Part shown: piece after piece, positions 19,375-28,310 of the stretch
How the letters are laid out: the number at the start of each line of letters is the position of its first letter
Numbering within the stretch: position 1 is the stretch's first letter
NCBI GenBank assembly: GCA_023251805.1
Contig: JAHEYB010000001.1
Coordinates: 104,384-168,383 of the forward strand
Origin: Bacteroidota bacterium
GTDB lineage: Bacteria; Bacteroidota; Bacteroidia; 2-12-FULL-35-15
Direction of reading: 5' to 3'
DNA length: 64,000 nucleotides
Made by a program: the position numbers and the translations under genes
Notes under the pieces: generated by a model
Told to the model about the DNA's origin: nothing
Databases searched by the model: none
The model's input: only the letters and a program-made list of their open reading frames with translations

Positions 19375-19890
19375 ATGAAAAAGATACTTTTATTACTACT
19401 TGCTCCTGCAATGGTATTTTTAGCGAGTTGTGGTGGTTCAAAAACGGACGAGACAACAGCTAGCATCCCGGGCATGATGGAAACCCAATTAAAAATTAAT
19501 GGGAATGCACTTTCAATCATGGTTCCTGATTCTACTAAAGGGAAATTAGAAATGGTTGAACAAAGTTGGGGCGCTACAGAAATTAAAGTTGGAAAAGATT
19601 TTCAAATTTCAATTGAAGAAGGGGAAGGGGATATTGCCTTAACGAAAAGTGATATTTCCGGAAATGATGTAAATAAGTTCAAACGTTATGTAAAAGACGA
19701 ACCAACAACATTGCTTTGGGAGTCTGAAATTACTGCCCCTGAATTCCATTTTTATTCAATTGTTAAACCAGGAACGGTATCTTATATAGTAAAAGATATT
19801 GCCGGTGAAATGTTTGGAGAAAAAGCAACCGAAACAATGGTTGAAGCTGCTAAAACATTAAAAGCAAAAGGCGCTAAACCAGACGCATAA
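19375..19890 (+). CDS. Lipoprotein, unknown function
   Basis: 171-aa ORF. Lipobox in MKKILLLLLAPAMVFLASCGG. Confidence 0.65.
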   Translation: MKKILLLLLAPAMVFLASCGGSKTDETTASIPGMMETQLKINGNALSIMVPDSTKGKLEMVEQSWGATEIKVGKDFQISIEEGEGDIALTKSDISGNDVNKFKRYVKDEPTTLLWESEITAPEFHFYSIVKPGTVSYIVKDIAGEMFGEKATETMVEAAKTLKAKGAKPDA

Positions 19891-19910
19891 TTTTTAAATT
19901 GAATTTTAAA

Positions 19911-19949
19911 ATGCCTTGCTTCGATTTTTCTAAGCAAGGCATTTTTTTT
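19911..19949 (+). terminator. Intrinsic terminator
   Basis: atgccttgctt / aagcaaggcat 11-bp stem followed by eight T. Confidence 0.85.
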
Positions 19950-19960
19950 GAACCAAATTG

Positions 19961-21169
19961 ATGAATCGCTTATTATCACTTTACCTTGGCTCTTTTGCAA
20001 ATATTCAACGCAATGTTTGGATACTTTCTATTGCGATGTTCATTAACCGAAGTGGTTCAATGGTTTTGCTATTTACCTCCTTATACCTTACCAAAGATTT
20101 ACATTTTACAATTGCGCAAGCTGGTTTGGCACTGAGTTTTTATGGAATAGGTAGTGTGTTAGGCTCGTATGCGGGTGGTTGGTTAACTGATAGAAAATCT
20201 TTTTTCGACATTATGTTTTGGTCGCTGATTGTTAGCGGACTCATCTTACTACTATTATTGACAACAAAATCGCCCTATTTAATTTCATTGATTATTTTTT
20301 GTTATGCTTTTGCAGCAGATATATTTCGCCCAGCTAATTCAAAAGCAATCGCTGCATACAGTTCACCTGAAAACAGAACTCGCTCCGTTTCATTGGTACG
20401 TTTAGCTATTAATTTAGGTTTTTCAATTGGCCCTGCAGCAGGAGGGTTTGTTGCATTATATCTTGGATACAAATGGTTGTTTGTGATTGATGCCTGTACC
20501 GGTTTTTTAGCAGCTATTATGTTATGGATATACTTACCAAGATTAACAGATGAACCTACAACAATTGAATCGTCTGTTTTGAGCGATAGTTCAACATCCG
20601 CATACCGCGATATGCGATACTTGATTTTTGTTATTCTTGTAGCATTTTTTGGAATTTGTTTCTTTCAGCTATTTGCCAGTATCCCTCAATATTTTAGTAA
20701 AGATTGCCATTACACAGAAGATACGATTGGATTATTATTGGGTTTAAATGGATTGCTGGTGGTAATTATTGAAATGCCATTGGTGGCGGCATTAGAAAAA
20801 AATCAAAAAATGTTCTCTTTCATCATTGCAGGTGTTTTGTGTCTGCCATTTTCGTTCTTACTTTTATATTTAGGAAAAGGAATGATGATTTGGGCAGTGA
20901 TGTATACTTTGTTTATAACGCTTTCCGAAATTTTGGCTATGCCTTTTATGATGAATTTTGCTTTGTCCCGACCGGCCAAAGAACGACAAGGACAATATTC
21001 GGCATTGTATTCAATTTCATACGGACTAGCAAACATATTTGCTCCGTTATTAGGTTTGGGCATTGCCGATAAATACGGTTTTGATAAAATGTTTTATTTC
21101 TTCATCGGATTAAGTTTGTTAACCGCTTTTGGTTTTTGGATGTTGAAGAGGATGGAAGAAAGGTGTTGA
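19961..21169 (+). CDS. MFS transporter
   Basis: About 402 aa with 12 predicted helices. ..GGWLTDRKS.. is an MFS loop 2-3 motif. The track start 19958 is TTG and ATG follows at 19961. Confidence 0.8.
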   Translation: MNRLLSLYLGSFANIQRNVWILSIAMFINRSGSMVLLFTSLYLTKDLHFTIAQAGLALSFYGIGSVLGSYAGGWLTDRKSFFDIMFWSLIVSGLILLLLLTTKSPYLISLIIFCYAFAADIFRPANSKAIAAYSSPENRTRSVSLVRLAINLGFSIGPAAGGFVALYLGYKWLFVIDACTGFLAAIMLWIYLPRLTDEPTTIESSVLSDSSTSAYRDMRYLIFVILVAFFGICFFQLFASIPQYFSKDCHYTEDTIGLLLGLNGLLVVIIEMPLVAALEKNQKMFSFIIAGVLCLPFSFLLLYLGKGMMIWAVMYTLFITLSEILAMPFMMNFALSRPAKERQGQYSALYSISYGLANIFAPLLGLGIADKYGFDKMFYFFIGLSLLTAFGFWMLKRMEERC

Positions 21170-21203
21170 TGTTCTTATTTGATTATTCCGTAGGGACGAA
21201 AGG

Positions 21204-21665
21204 TCAAATTAATTCCTTAAAAATATATTTTTCATCATAATCTACTTCAAATTTTTGAAGAAAATCTAAATACTCTTCAACAAAGGTTTTTTTCTGGTGG
21301 TGCGATTCTTGATTTTCTATATATTTAATAACATTTTTTAGTTGTGATTTTCCATAAGAAAAAGCGCCATAACCCTCTTGCCATTCAAACTTTCCACTAA
21401 TAAACCTCTTTTCATTAATCCATTTAGATGAATTGCCTTTTATGTCCTGCATCAAATCGGAAATAGATTGACCTGGTCGCAAACCAATTAATATATGAAT
21501 GTGGTCAGGCATTCCATTTATGGCAATTAATTTATGTTTATTATTTTGAATGATGCCTGTGATGTATTTATATAATTCATCCTTCCACGAAATGTGAATA
21601 CATGAGGCTCTATATTTAACCGCGAAAACAAATTGAATGTGTAACTGTGTGTATGTGTTTGGCAT
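21204..21665 (-). CDS. IS200/IS605-like Y1 (HUH) transposase, REP-associated tyrosine transposase (RAYT) type
   Basis: 153-aa ORF. HUH motif in MPDHIHILIGL, with catalytic Tyr region QEGYGAFSYGKSQ. Flanked by inverted GTCCC..GGGAC hairpins. Confidence 0.8.
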   Translation of the reverse strand: MPNTYTQLHIQFVFAVKYRASCIHISWKDELYKYITGIIQNNKHKLIAINGMPDHIHILIGLRPGQSISDLMQDIKGNSSKWINEKRFISGKFEWQEGYGAFSYGKSQLKNVIKYIENQESHHQKKTFVEEYLDFLQKFEVDYDEKYIFKELI

Positions 21666-22125
21666 AACATGTTGCCCCTACGGGACTTTGGTTTGTGTGT
21701 TAGGGTTTCTTTTCAACCGATATTTAATCCCTACGGGATTATTTTCATAATAATTTTTCAAATGTAATTTATAAAGTCTAAAAGTATTGCTACGATTTGT
21801 AGTAATATTTTATGGAACAATAGTCAGGAGAGATGGCTAGAATTAATATTTTGTCCCGCAGGGACATAATATCGGTAGCATATAAATTTCAATTCCCGAA
21901 CCATAAGTCCCATGGGACGAAATATCGATAGATAAAATGTGATGAGTAAGTTTGTCCCGTAGGGACATAATATCGGTATGGCATAAGATGTCGTCCCTAC
22001 GGGACTTTGGTTTGTGTGTTAGGGTTTCTTTTTTTTACCTATACTTCATCCCTACGGGATTGTTTATAAAGGAATAAAACAAATATGCAGATTGAATAAG
22101 TTTGTCCCGTAGGGACGATATATTT
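21666..22125. repeat. Array of REP-like palindromes (GTCCCnnnGGGAC / ATCCCTACGGGAT) with two longer repeat units
   Basis: Hairpins at 21674..21686, 21727..21739, 21853..21865, 21907..21918, 21954..21966, 21993..22005, 22048..22060 and 22104..22116. An ~80-nt unit at 21671..21750 recurs at 21989..22070. The unit aagtttgtcccgtagggac(a/g)ata is at 21948..21975 and 22098..22125, with a variant at 21849..21876. Confidence 0.85.
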
Positions 22126-22133
22126 GAATTCTG

Positions 22134-22676
22134 CTAGCCGTTCTTCTTTCGTATCAGCTTTATAACAATCATATAAGCAACACAAGGAATTCCAATCCAA
22201 ATCACTTCACTTTTTATCACATTAATTCCCCATTCACTAAAAAAATGACTCGCACCAATTGGGGATACTTTAATTGGTCGCCATGGAAAAAAATAACGCT
22301 CATTATTAAAAGGCGAAAAAAATGCAACTCCTAATCCTCCCGATGTCATCGCATCCAATATTCCATGTGAAAGGGTACAAAGACTAAAGAATAAAATGTA
22401 ATAAATCCCTTTTCTAGTATTTAGGTGTTGTTTATAAAAAAGAAGTGAAACAACAGAGCCAAGGATAAATGCAAAAACAATAGAATGTGTAAATCCTCTG
22501 TGCCCCCAAAATGCTTCATATGCAATTCCTAATTTGAAAGAAATAACATCTGCATCTGGTAAAATGGAGCAAACAATTCCAATGAAAACAAACTTCCAAT
22601 TATGAATAGTCTTAGAAAATCCAGAACCAATTGCGATTGCCGTAAGTGCATGTCCGAATGCTGATGCCATGAACAA
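22134..22676 (-). CDS. Membrane-bound metal-dependent hydrolase (YdjM/DUF457 family)
   Basis: 180-aa ORF. ..LPDADV.. and ..WGHRGFTHSIVFA.. motifs, with 4-5 TM helices. Confidence 0.7.
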   Translation of the reverse strand: MFMASAFGHALTAIAIGSGFSKTIHNWKFVFIGIVCSILPDADVISFKLGIAYEAFWGHRGFTHSIVFAFILGSVVSLLFYKQHLNTRKGIYYILFFSLCTLSHGILDAMTSGGLGVAFFSPFNNERYFFPWRPIKVSPIGASHFFSEWGINVIKSEVIWIGIPCVAYMIVIKLIRKKNG

Positions 22677-22696
22677 ATATAATCAATTAGAAAAGG

Positions 22697-23494
22697 TTAT
22701 CCTTTCAAAAAAACATCATAGCCGTATCTCAAAATCATAATGGATACAATTACTAAAAATATAATTCTCACAAATCCATTTCCTTTCTTTAATGCAATTC
22801 TGCTTCCAATCACGCTTCCAATAATGTTAAATACCGACATGAGGATAGCAATCTCTATCAAATAATCTCCATTTTTGATAAATACAATCAATGCAGAGAT
22901 GTTTGTGATGCAATTGATGATTTTGGAGTAGGCAGATGCATTTACAAATTCAAATCCCAGAATCACAACAAATCCCAACACAAAAAAACTGCCCGTTCCC
23001 GGACCGAAAAACCCGTCATAAAATCCAACCACAATTCCAATTACGGAGCCTAAAAATAATTGTTTGTTTGCCGGAAGTTGTTTCGTTTGAACTGAGCCAA
23101 GATCTTTTTTAATAAATGTATAAATGGCGATTAGGATGAGAATGACTAAAATAACTGGCTTGAGTGTTTCTACTTTTATGAAACTGACGACTTTTGCTCC
23201 TGCGTAAGAAGACACAAATGAAAAGAAGGAAATAACCAGCAGAAGTTTATAATCAAATTTGATGCGTTTTGAATATTGATATGCAGCAACGGATGTTCCT
23301 GCTAATGCAGCAATTTTATTTGTTCCGAAAATCGTCAGTAAGGGTTGGTTGGGCGTGTTGATTAACAAAGCAGGTAATTGTATCAAACCTCCACCACCAA
23401 CAATTGCATCAATGAATCCCGCTACGAATGATAAAATAATGAGAGAGACAAGAACTGTTAATGTATAATCAGCAAACAGGTCTGAGAAATTCAT
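22697..23494 (-). CDS. TauE/SafE (DUF81) family anion exporter
   Basis: 265-aa polytopic ORF. N-terminal ..GFIDAIVGGGGLIQLPALL.. signature, repeated in the second half. Confidence 0.8.
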   Translation of the reverse strand: MNFSDLFADYTLTVLVSLIILSFVAGFIDAIVGGGGLIQLPALLINTPNQPLLTIFGTNKIAALAGTSVAAYQYSKRIKFDYKLLLVISFFSFVSSYAGAKVVSFIKVETLKPVILVILILIAIYTFIKKDLGSVQTKQLPANKQLFLGSVIGIVVGFYDGFFGPGTGSFFVLGFVVILGFEFVNASAYSKIINCITNISALIVFIKNGDYLIEIAILMSVFNIIGSVIGSRIALKKGNGFVRIIFLVIVSIMILRYGYDVFLKG

Positions 23495-23500
23495 TTCATG

Positions 23501-23529
23501 ATAGTATTAACAAAAACGTCCCGCAATTT
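23501..23529 (-). terminator. Intrinsic terminator after typA
   Basis: Minus strand reads acgtcccgcaaattgcgggacgt followed by ttttt. Confidence 0.8.
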
Positions 23530-23545
23530 GCGGGACGTTATATTA

Positions 23546-25360
23546 TTATTGAGAAACCATTTTTTTCTCTTGACGTTTGCGCTCTGTTTCATCCAAAATA
23601 ACTTTACGCATACGAATTGAACCTGGAGTTACCTCAACATACTCGTCAATTTGAATGTATTCCATTGCTTCTTCTAATGAGAAATTAATTTTTGGAGCAA
23701 TACGCATTTTATCATCTGTACCCGAAGCACGCATGTTCGATAATTTTTTCTCTTTTGTGATGTTCACCACAATATCATCCTGACGGTTATTTTCTCCGAT
23801 AACTTGTCCGGTGTAAATTGGTTCACCAGGGTCAACAAAAAATTTACCTCTGTCTTGTAATTTATCAATTGAATAAGCAATAGCTGTTCCCATTTCACCT
23901 GAAATTAAAACTCCGTTGTTACGGCTAGGAATCATACCTTTCCAAGGCTCAAATGCTTTAAAGCGATGTGCCATAATTGCTTCACCTGCAGTTGCGGTTA
24001 AAATGTTATTACGCAATCCAATAATTCCACGTGATGGAATTTCAAATTCTAAATGTTGTAAATCACCTTTCGGTTCCATCAATAACATATCGCCTTTACG
24101 CTGACTCACATACTCAATTACTTTTCCTGCAGATTCTTCAGGTACATCAACCGTTAAATATTCAATCGGCTCACATTTTACTCCATCAATTTCTTTGATG
24201 ATAACTTGGGGTTGTCCAACTTGTAATTCATATCCTTCGCGTCTCATGGTTTCAATCAAAACCGATAAGTGAAGAATTCCTCTTCCGAAAACCAAATAGG
24301 AATCAGCAGAATTTGTTTCTTCAACACGCAAAGCAAGATTTTTTTCTAATTCTTTAAATAAACGATCACGCAAGTGGCGAGAAGTAACAAATTTTCCTTC
24401 TTTACCAAAAAATGGAGAGTTGTTGATACAAAACAACATATTCATTGTTGGTTCATCAATTGCAATAGGTGTTAATCCTTCCGGATTTTCAAAATCAGCG
24501 ATGGTGTCACCAATTTCAAACCCTTCAATACCGGTAATCGCAACAATTTCTCCTGAGTCGATTGCTTCGCTTGTTTTTGCTTTTCCTAATCCTTCAAAAA
24601 TGAATAATTCTTTTATCCGTGATTTTATAATAGAGCCATCTCTTTTTACCAAAGAAACAGGCATATTTTCTTTTATTGAACCGCGGTGAACACGACCAAC
24701 TGCAATACGTCCTACAAAAGAAGAATAATCCAATGAAGTAATTTGCATTTGCAATGTTCCTTCATTTACAGGCGATTCTGGAAAGAAATCAATAATTGTA
24801 TCTAATAGATAAGTGATGTCAGTAGTAGGGTTTTTCCAATCCGGACCCATCCATCCTTGCTTGGATGAACCGTAAACAGTTTTAAAATCCAATTGTGTTT
24901 CTGTAGCATCTAGGTTAAAGAACAAATCAAATACTTGATCGTGTACTTCATCAGGACGGCAATTTGGTTTATCCACTTTGTTGATTACCAAAACCACACG
25001 TTTCCCTTGTGCTAACGCTTTTTGTGTAACGAAACGCGTTTGAGGCATTGCGCCTTCAAATGCATCCACCAACAAAACAACACCATCAGCCATATTCAAT
25101 ACACGTTCTACTTCTCCTCCAAAATCCGCGTGGCCGGGAGTATCAATAATATTGATTTTTGTTCCTTTATATCTTACTGAAACGTTTTTTGCCAAAATGG
25201 TAATTCCACGTTCACGTTCCAAATCGTTGTTGTCAAGAATCAATTCTCCCGATTCCTGATTATCGCGGAACAATTTCCCTGTATGTAAAATTTTATCTAC
25301 CAAGGTTGTTTTACCGTGATCGACATGGGCAATAATGGCAATGTTTCTAATATTTCGCAT
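23546..25360 (-). CDS. typA: Translational GTPase TypA/BipA
   Basis: The ORF opens at 25432. ATG 25360 gives the canonical MRNIRNIAIIAHVDHGKTTLVDKIL. G motifs DTPGHADF and NKVD are present. Confidence 0.95.
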   Translation of the reverse strand: MRNIRNIAIIAHVDHGKTTLVDKILHTGKLFRDNQESGELILDNNDLERERGITILAKNVSVRYKGTKINIIDTPGHADFGGEVERVLNMADGVVLLVDAFEGAMPQTRFVTQKALAQGKRVVLVINKVDKPNCRPDEVHDQVFDLFFNLDATETQLDFKTVYGSSKQGWMGPDWKNPTTDITYLLDTIIDFFPESPVNEGTLQMQITSLDYSSFVGRIAVGRVHRGSIKENMPVSLVKRDGSIIKSRIKELFIFEGLGKAKTSEAIDSGEIVAITGIEGFEIGDTIADFENPEGLTPIAIDEPTMNMLFCINNSPFFGKEGKFVTSRHLRDRLFKELEKNLALRVEETNSADSYLVFGRGILHLSVLIETMRREGYELQVGQPQVIIKEIDGVKCEPIEYLTVDVPEESAGKVIEYVSQRKGDMLLMEPKGDLQHLEFEIPSRGIIGLRNNILTATAGEAIMAHRFKAFEPWKGMIPSRNNGVLISGEMGTAIAYSIDKLQDRGKFFVDPGEPIYTGQVIGENNRQDDIVVNITKEKKLSNMRASGTDDKMRIAPKINFSLEEAMEYIQIDEYVEVTPGSIRMRKVILDETERKRQEKKMVSQ

Positions 25361-25446
25361 TGTAAAAGATGGTTGTTTGTTGTTTGTTGTGAATTGCTGG
25401 CTGTAAAATGACCAACAATTACTCGCTAACAACTAAAATTCGGGTG

Positions 25447-25454
25447 CAAAATTA
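25447..25454 (-). promoter_or_regulatory. -7 promoter box TAATTTTG upstream of typA
   Basis: Minus-strand TAATTTTG matches TAnnTTTG, about 85 nt upstream of ATG 25360. Confidence 0.4.
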
Positions 25455-25551
25455 GTCAATTTTATTCGTATTTGTGCATAAGCCGACCTTATATAATTGC
25501 TGTTTGTCGAATTTTTAGGGCTTAATTGACACAAATGCTGGTAAAATGCAC

Positions 25552-26517
25552 TCAGTTTTTAAAAAACGCTTCTGAGGAAATTGTTTTTGCGTTTTGTTTA
25601 TCGTCCGGACTAATTTTTAGTTCATAAGTAGAATATGAATCGATGGCTCCCTTTTTTTCTTTTTTCATAACAAGCGCATCTGCCCCATCATTTAATTGTA
25701 AAAATACGTTTTCGCTTTCAAATCCTCCTTTTATTTTTTCATTTGAAAATGTTTTTCCTGCATTCCAGTCTTTACCAAAATATATTTTTAAAAAATACTC
25801 TCCATCAGGAATTTGGTTCATTTTTATTTGTGTTTCGCTATTCATATAAACATTGCGTATGGTTTTGTTGGGAGTATTTTTTTCAACTAAGAAAACAACA
25901 GCTTCTGATTTGCTTCCATTTAAAAATGAAATACTGTTTTTGCTTTCCACATCATAAACTTCTTCACCGAAAAAAACACTGTATGGTGAATCGTAATTGT
26001 TGATACTTGTTTGGACTTCCGGTTCTTCAATTTTTTCAATTGCGGGGGCGGTTTTTAAATTTGATACTGTCGTTGTTTTTTCGGTAGAATAAGAAATAAT
26101 AAAATACAATAATACAAGTGCAATCCCAACGCTTACCAATATTTGCCAAGTGTCTTTCGCTTCAGTTTTTTCAGATTGTTTTTTTTGTGATTGAGTGTGG
26201 GCTTTTTGTTTGTATGCCGCTTGTTGCTGAGCAAATTGATATGCATTCCCACTATATTGCGGCCCAGAAGCATTTGCCTTCTGTGAGTGTGGACGGGAGC
26301 CAAACGATTGTTTTAAATCATATTTTTTTCTTTTTTCGGGATTGGATAAAATACCGTATGCTTGCTGAATTTCTTTAAAATATTCTTCGGCAGCTTTGTT
26401 TCCAATATTTTTATCGGGATGATATTTTTTTGCTAAAACGCGGTAAGCGGATTTTATTTCATCAAAAGTAGCGGTACTTTTTACTTCTAAAATGATATAA
26501 TAATTTTTTTCTGCCAT
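25552..26517 (-). CDS. J-domain (DnaJ-like) membrane protein
   Basis: 321-aa ORF. J domain [32 protein letters not shown], a Q/K-rich linker and one TM helix ([18 protein letters not shown]). Confidence 0.8.
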   Translation of the reverse strand: MAEKNYYIILEVKSTATFDEIKSAYRVLAKKYHPDKNIGNKAAEEYFKEIQQAYGILSNPEKRKKYDLKQSFGSRPHSQKANASGPQYSGNAYQFAQQQAAYKQKAHTQSQKKQSEKTEAKDTWQILVSVGIALVLLYFIISYSTEKTTTVSNLKTAPAIEKIEEPEVQTSINNYDSPYSVFFGEEVYDVESKNSISFLNGSKSEAVVFLVEKNTPNKTIRNVYMNSETQIKMNQIPDGEYFLKIYFGKDWNAGKTFSNEKIKGGFESENVFLQLNDGADALVMKKEKKGAIDSYSTYELKISPDDKQNAKTISSEAFFKN

Positions 26518-26556
26518 CGAGATTTCCAGCCACTAAATAAAAATAAAAAGATTTCA

Positions 26557-28242
26557 TTACAAAAATCTCACATTCATTTTCTTTTGTGTTTTTTGAATGT
26601 TTATTTTTGCATTTTTTGGATATTTTATTGCAAAAGAAAGTTCAATTTTTTTCACTTCCCCGGGTTGTAAGTTGTATTTCCAAACTAATTTTCCTGTTTT
26701 TACGTCCAATTCTGCCTTCGTTGTTTCAATTGCATCTACAGTAATATCGCTTTGTAATGAAACAGGCAATTGGTCTTCTACTTCAATCTGAATAGGAGTT
26801 TTGCGATTATTTTTCACAAGCATTTCATAAGCAAACGTTTCTTTGGTAGTATTGCCAATGAATTTTTTTGTACAATACTCTTTTACTTTGCTGCGGGTAA
26901 CTAACACTTTGTTATCGCGACCTAAAGATAAATCCAAGGTGTCATCCGCACTTCTGGTATAAATATAGGATTGACCAACATAGGTTCCACCGTAATATAC
27001 ATTTGCTTCTCCTTCCACTAAATCCAAATCTTCCCAACCTGTGATGCGAGCTAATAAAAATGCATCGCGATCTAATTTTGGAGCACTAAAATGCTGGAAT
27101 GTTGCCGGTAATTTATATTCGGTTACATCTACAATGTATGGTTTTGAGTCTGACGGGAAAGTGTAAGAGGTTTTGATTTCAAATTCAGCACTTAATTCAG
27201 CAATTTCTATTTCTACAAATTCTATTTTAGGTTTTGCTGCTTGCTGTTTTGCCATTTCACTTATGTCTGCATTATTCGAAATAGAATTTTGCATATAACC
27301 TTCACCTGATTGATAAGCAGGAGCGGCTGATTTCGCTTTTCCGTAATCGTATCGATTGCTATTAGTGGTAGTAATATAGGTTAAATCCCAGGGAAGTAAT
27401 TCTGGTTTTGCAGCACTTTTTGATGGGTCGGCTGTCGACAATTTTAATTTTACATCGTTCCAATCGATGCCTGTATTATTAAAAACTTTAGCACGATATT
27501 TCAATTCAATAGGTAAGTTAATGTCTTCTGCATGTAAGTCGTAGCTTGGAGCCCAGCCGGCATCGGCAACTAAATATTTTAAATCGATACTGGATGAAAT
27601 TTTAGCGGTGGAAGAAATTAAAATAGAAACTTCAGCTGTTGGTTGATTGTTTTTTGCATTCAATTCATATAACTGTTGATTTAATTTATTCAATGATTCT
27701 TGTAAAAGCGAATTTTTTTTGTCTAGTTTAGAGATTTCAATATTAATTTCCTTGATACGTGCTCGGTAAAAATCGGCTGCTAATTTTAGTTCTGCAATAG
27801 CAACACCTTTATCTTGTCCGCCAATCGATTCGTTTTTTAAGAGCATATTTTTCTCTATTACAAATGCATCTTTGTCGTTGTTTGACTGATTAATTCCATC
27901 AGATAAAATAGTGACAGAATCCTTTATTGTTTTTATTCTATCGCTTTCTTTTTGGTTTGCCAAATAATTGATTGCATCTGAAATTGCAAGAATAGCAACC
28001 TGTCCGGAAGCACTCACTTGAATACTTTTTGAATCAAGTTTAGGAGAAAGCCCAGTAAAAATTATTTTATTTCTTCCTGGATTAAGTGTTACGGTTTTAC
28101 TTTGGCTTACTTCTGCGCCATATAAATAAATGATTACAGATTGAACAGGAACATTCACTTCTTGCGAAGTTTCAGTAGTTTGAGCAAATGTGGTTGATAT
28201 ATTTGCAAAAATTAAAGTGAATACAACAGCGACTTTTTTCAT
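26557..28242 (-). CDS. DUF4139/DUF4140 (MuiA-like) secreted protein
   Basis: The ORF opens at 28278 but that region is a terminator hairpin. ATG 28242 gives the signal peptide MKKVAVVFTLIFANISTTFAQ. ..VIIYLYGAEVSQSKTVTLNPGRNKIIFTGLSPKLDSKSIQV.. plus a coiled coil fit the family as remembered. Confidence 0.65.
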   Translation of the reverse strand: MKKVAVVFTLIFANISTTFAQTTETSQEVNVPVQSVIIYLYGAEVSQSKTVTLNPGRNKIIFTGLSPKLDSKSIQVSASGQVAILAISDAINYLANQKESDRIKTIKDSVTILSDGINQSNNDKDAFVIEKNMLLKNESIGGQDKGVAIAELKLAADFYRARIKEINIEISKLDKKNSLLQESLNKLNQQLYELNAKNNQPTAEVSILISSTAKISSSIDLKYLVADAGWAPSYDLHAEDINLPIELKYRAKVFNNTGIDWNDVKLKLSTADPSKSAAKPELLPWDLTYITTTNSNRYDYGKAKSAAPAYQSGEGYMQNSISNNADISEMAKQQAAKPKIEFVEIEIAELSAEFEIKTSYTFPSDSKPYIVDVTEYKLPATFQHFSAPKLDRDAFLLARITGWEDLDLVEGEANVYYGGTYVGQSYIYTRSADDTLDLSLGRDNKVLVTRSKVKEYCTKKFIGNTTKETFAYEMLVKNNRKTPIQIEVEDQLPVSLQSDITVDAIETTKAELDVKTGKLVWKYNLQPGEVKKIELSFAIKYPKNAKINIQKTQKKMNVRFL

Positions 28243-28261
28243 GATAGTAGTTTTATAAAAT

Positions 28262-28290
28262 AGAAAACCCTGACACAAATGGTCAGGGTT
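28262..28290 (-). terminator. Intrinsic terminator after the SBP gene
   Basis: aaccctgac / gtcagggtt 9-bp stem. The minus strand continues ttttct. Confidence 0.7.
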
Positions 28291-28310
28291 TATAAGATGA
28301 AATGTGAAAA

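Noticed and set aside
21666-22125. Possible CRISPR array
   Set aside because: The repeats are 12-13-nt palindromes of variable sequence with irregular spacing (about 40-115 bp). Longer units recur as whole blocks, no cas genes are present, and a RAYT-type transposase is adjacent. It was called a REP/BIME-like array instead.
23506-23528. Extra REP copy (gtcccgcaatttgcgggac) next to typA
   Set aside because: Although it resembles the GTCCC..GGGAC core, it sits exactly after the typA stop with a T-run. It is adequately explained as an intrinsic terminator.
28243-28278. Longer start (MCQGFLFYKTTI) for the DUF4139-like gene
   Set aside because: The extension overlaps the upstream gene's terminator hairpin (28262..28290). 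ATG 28242 gives a standard signal peptide.
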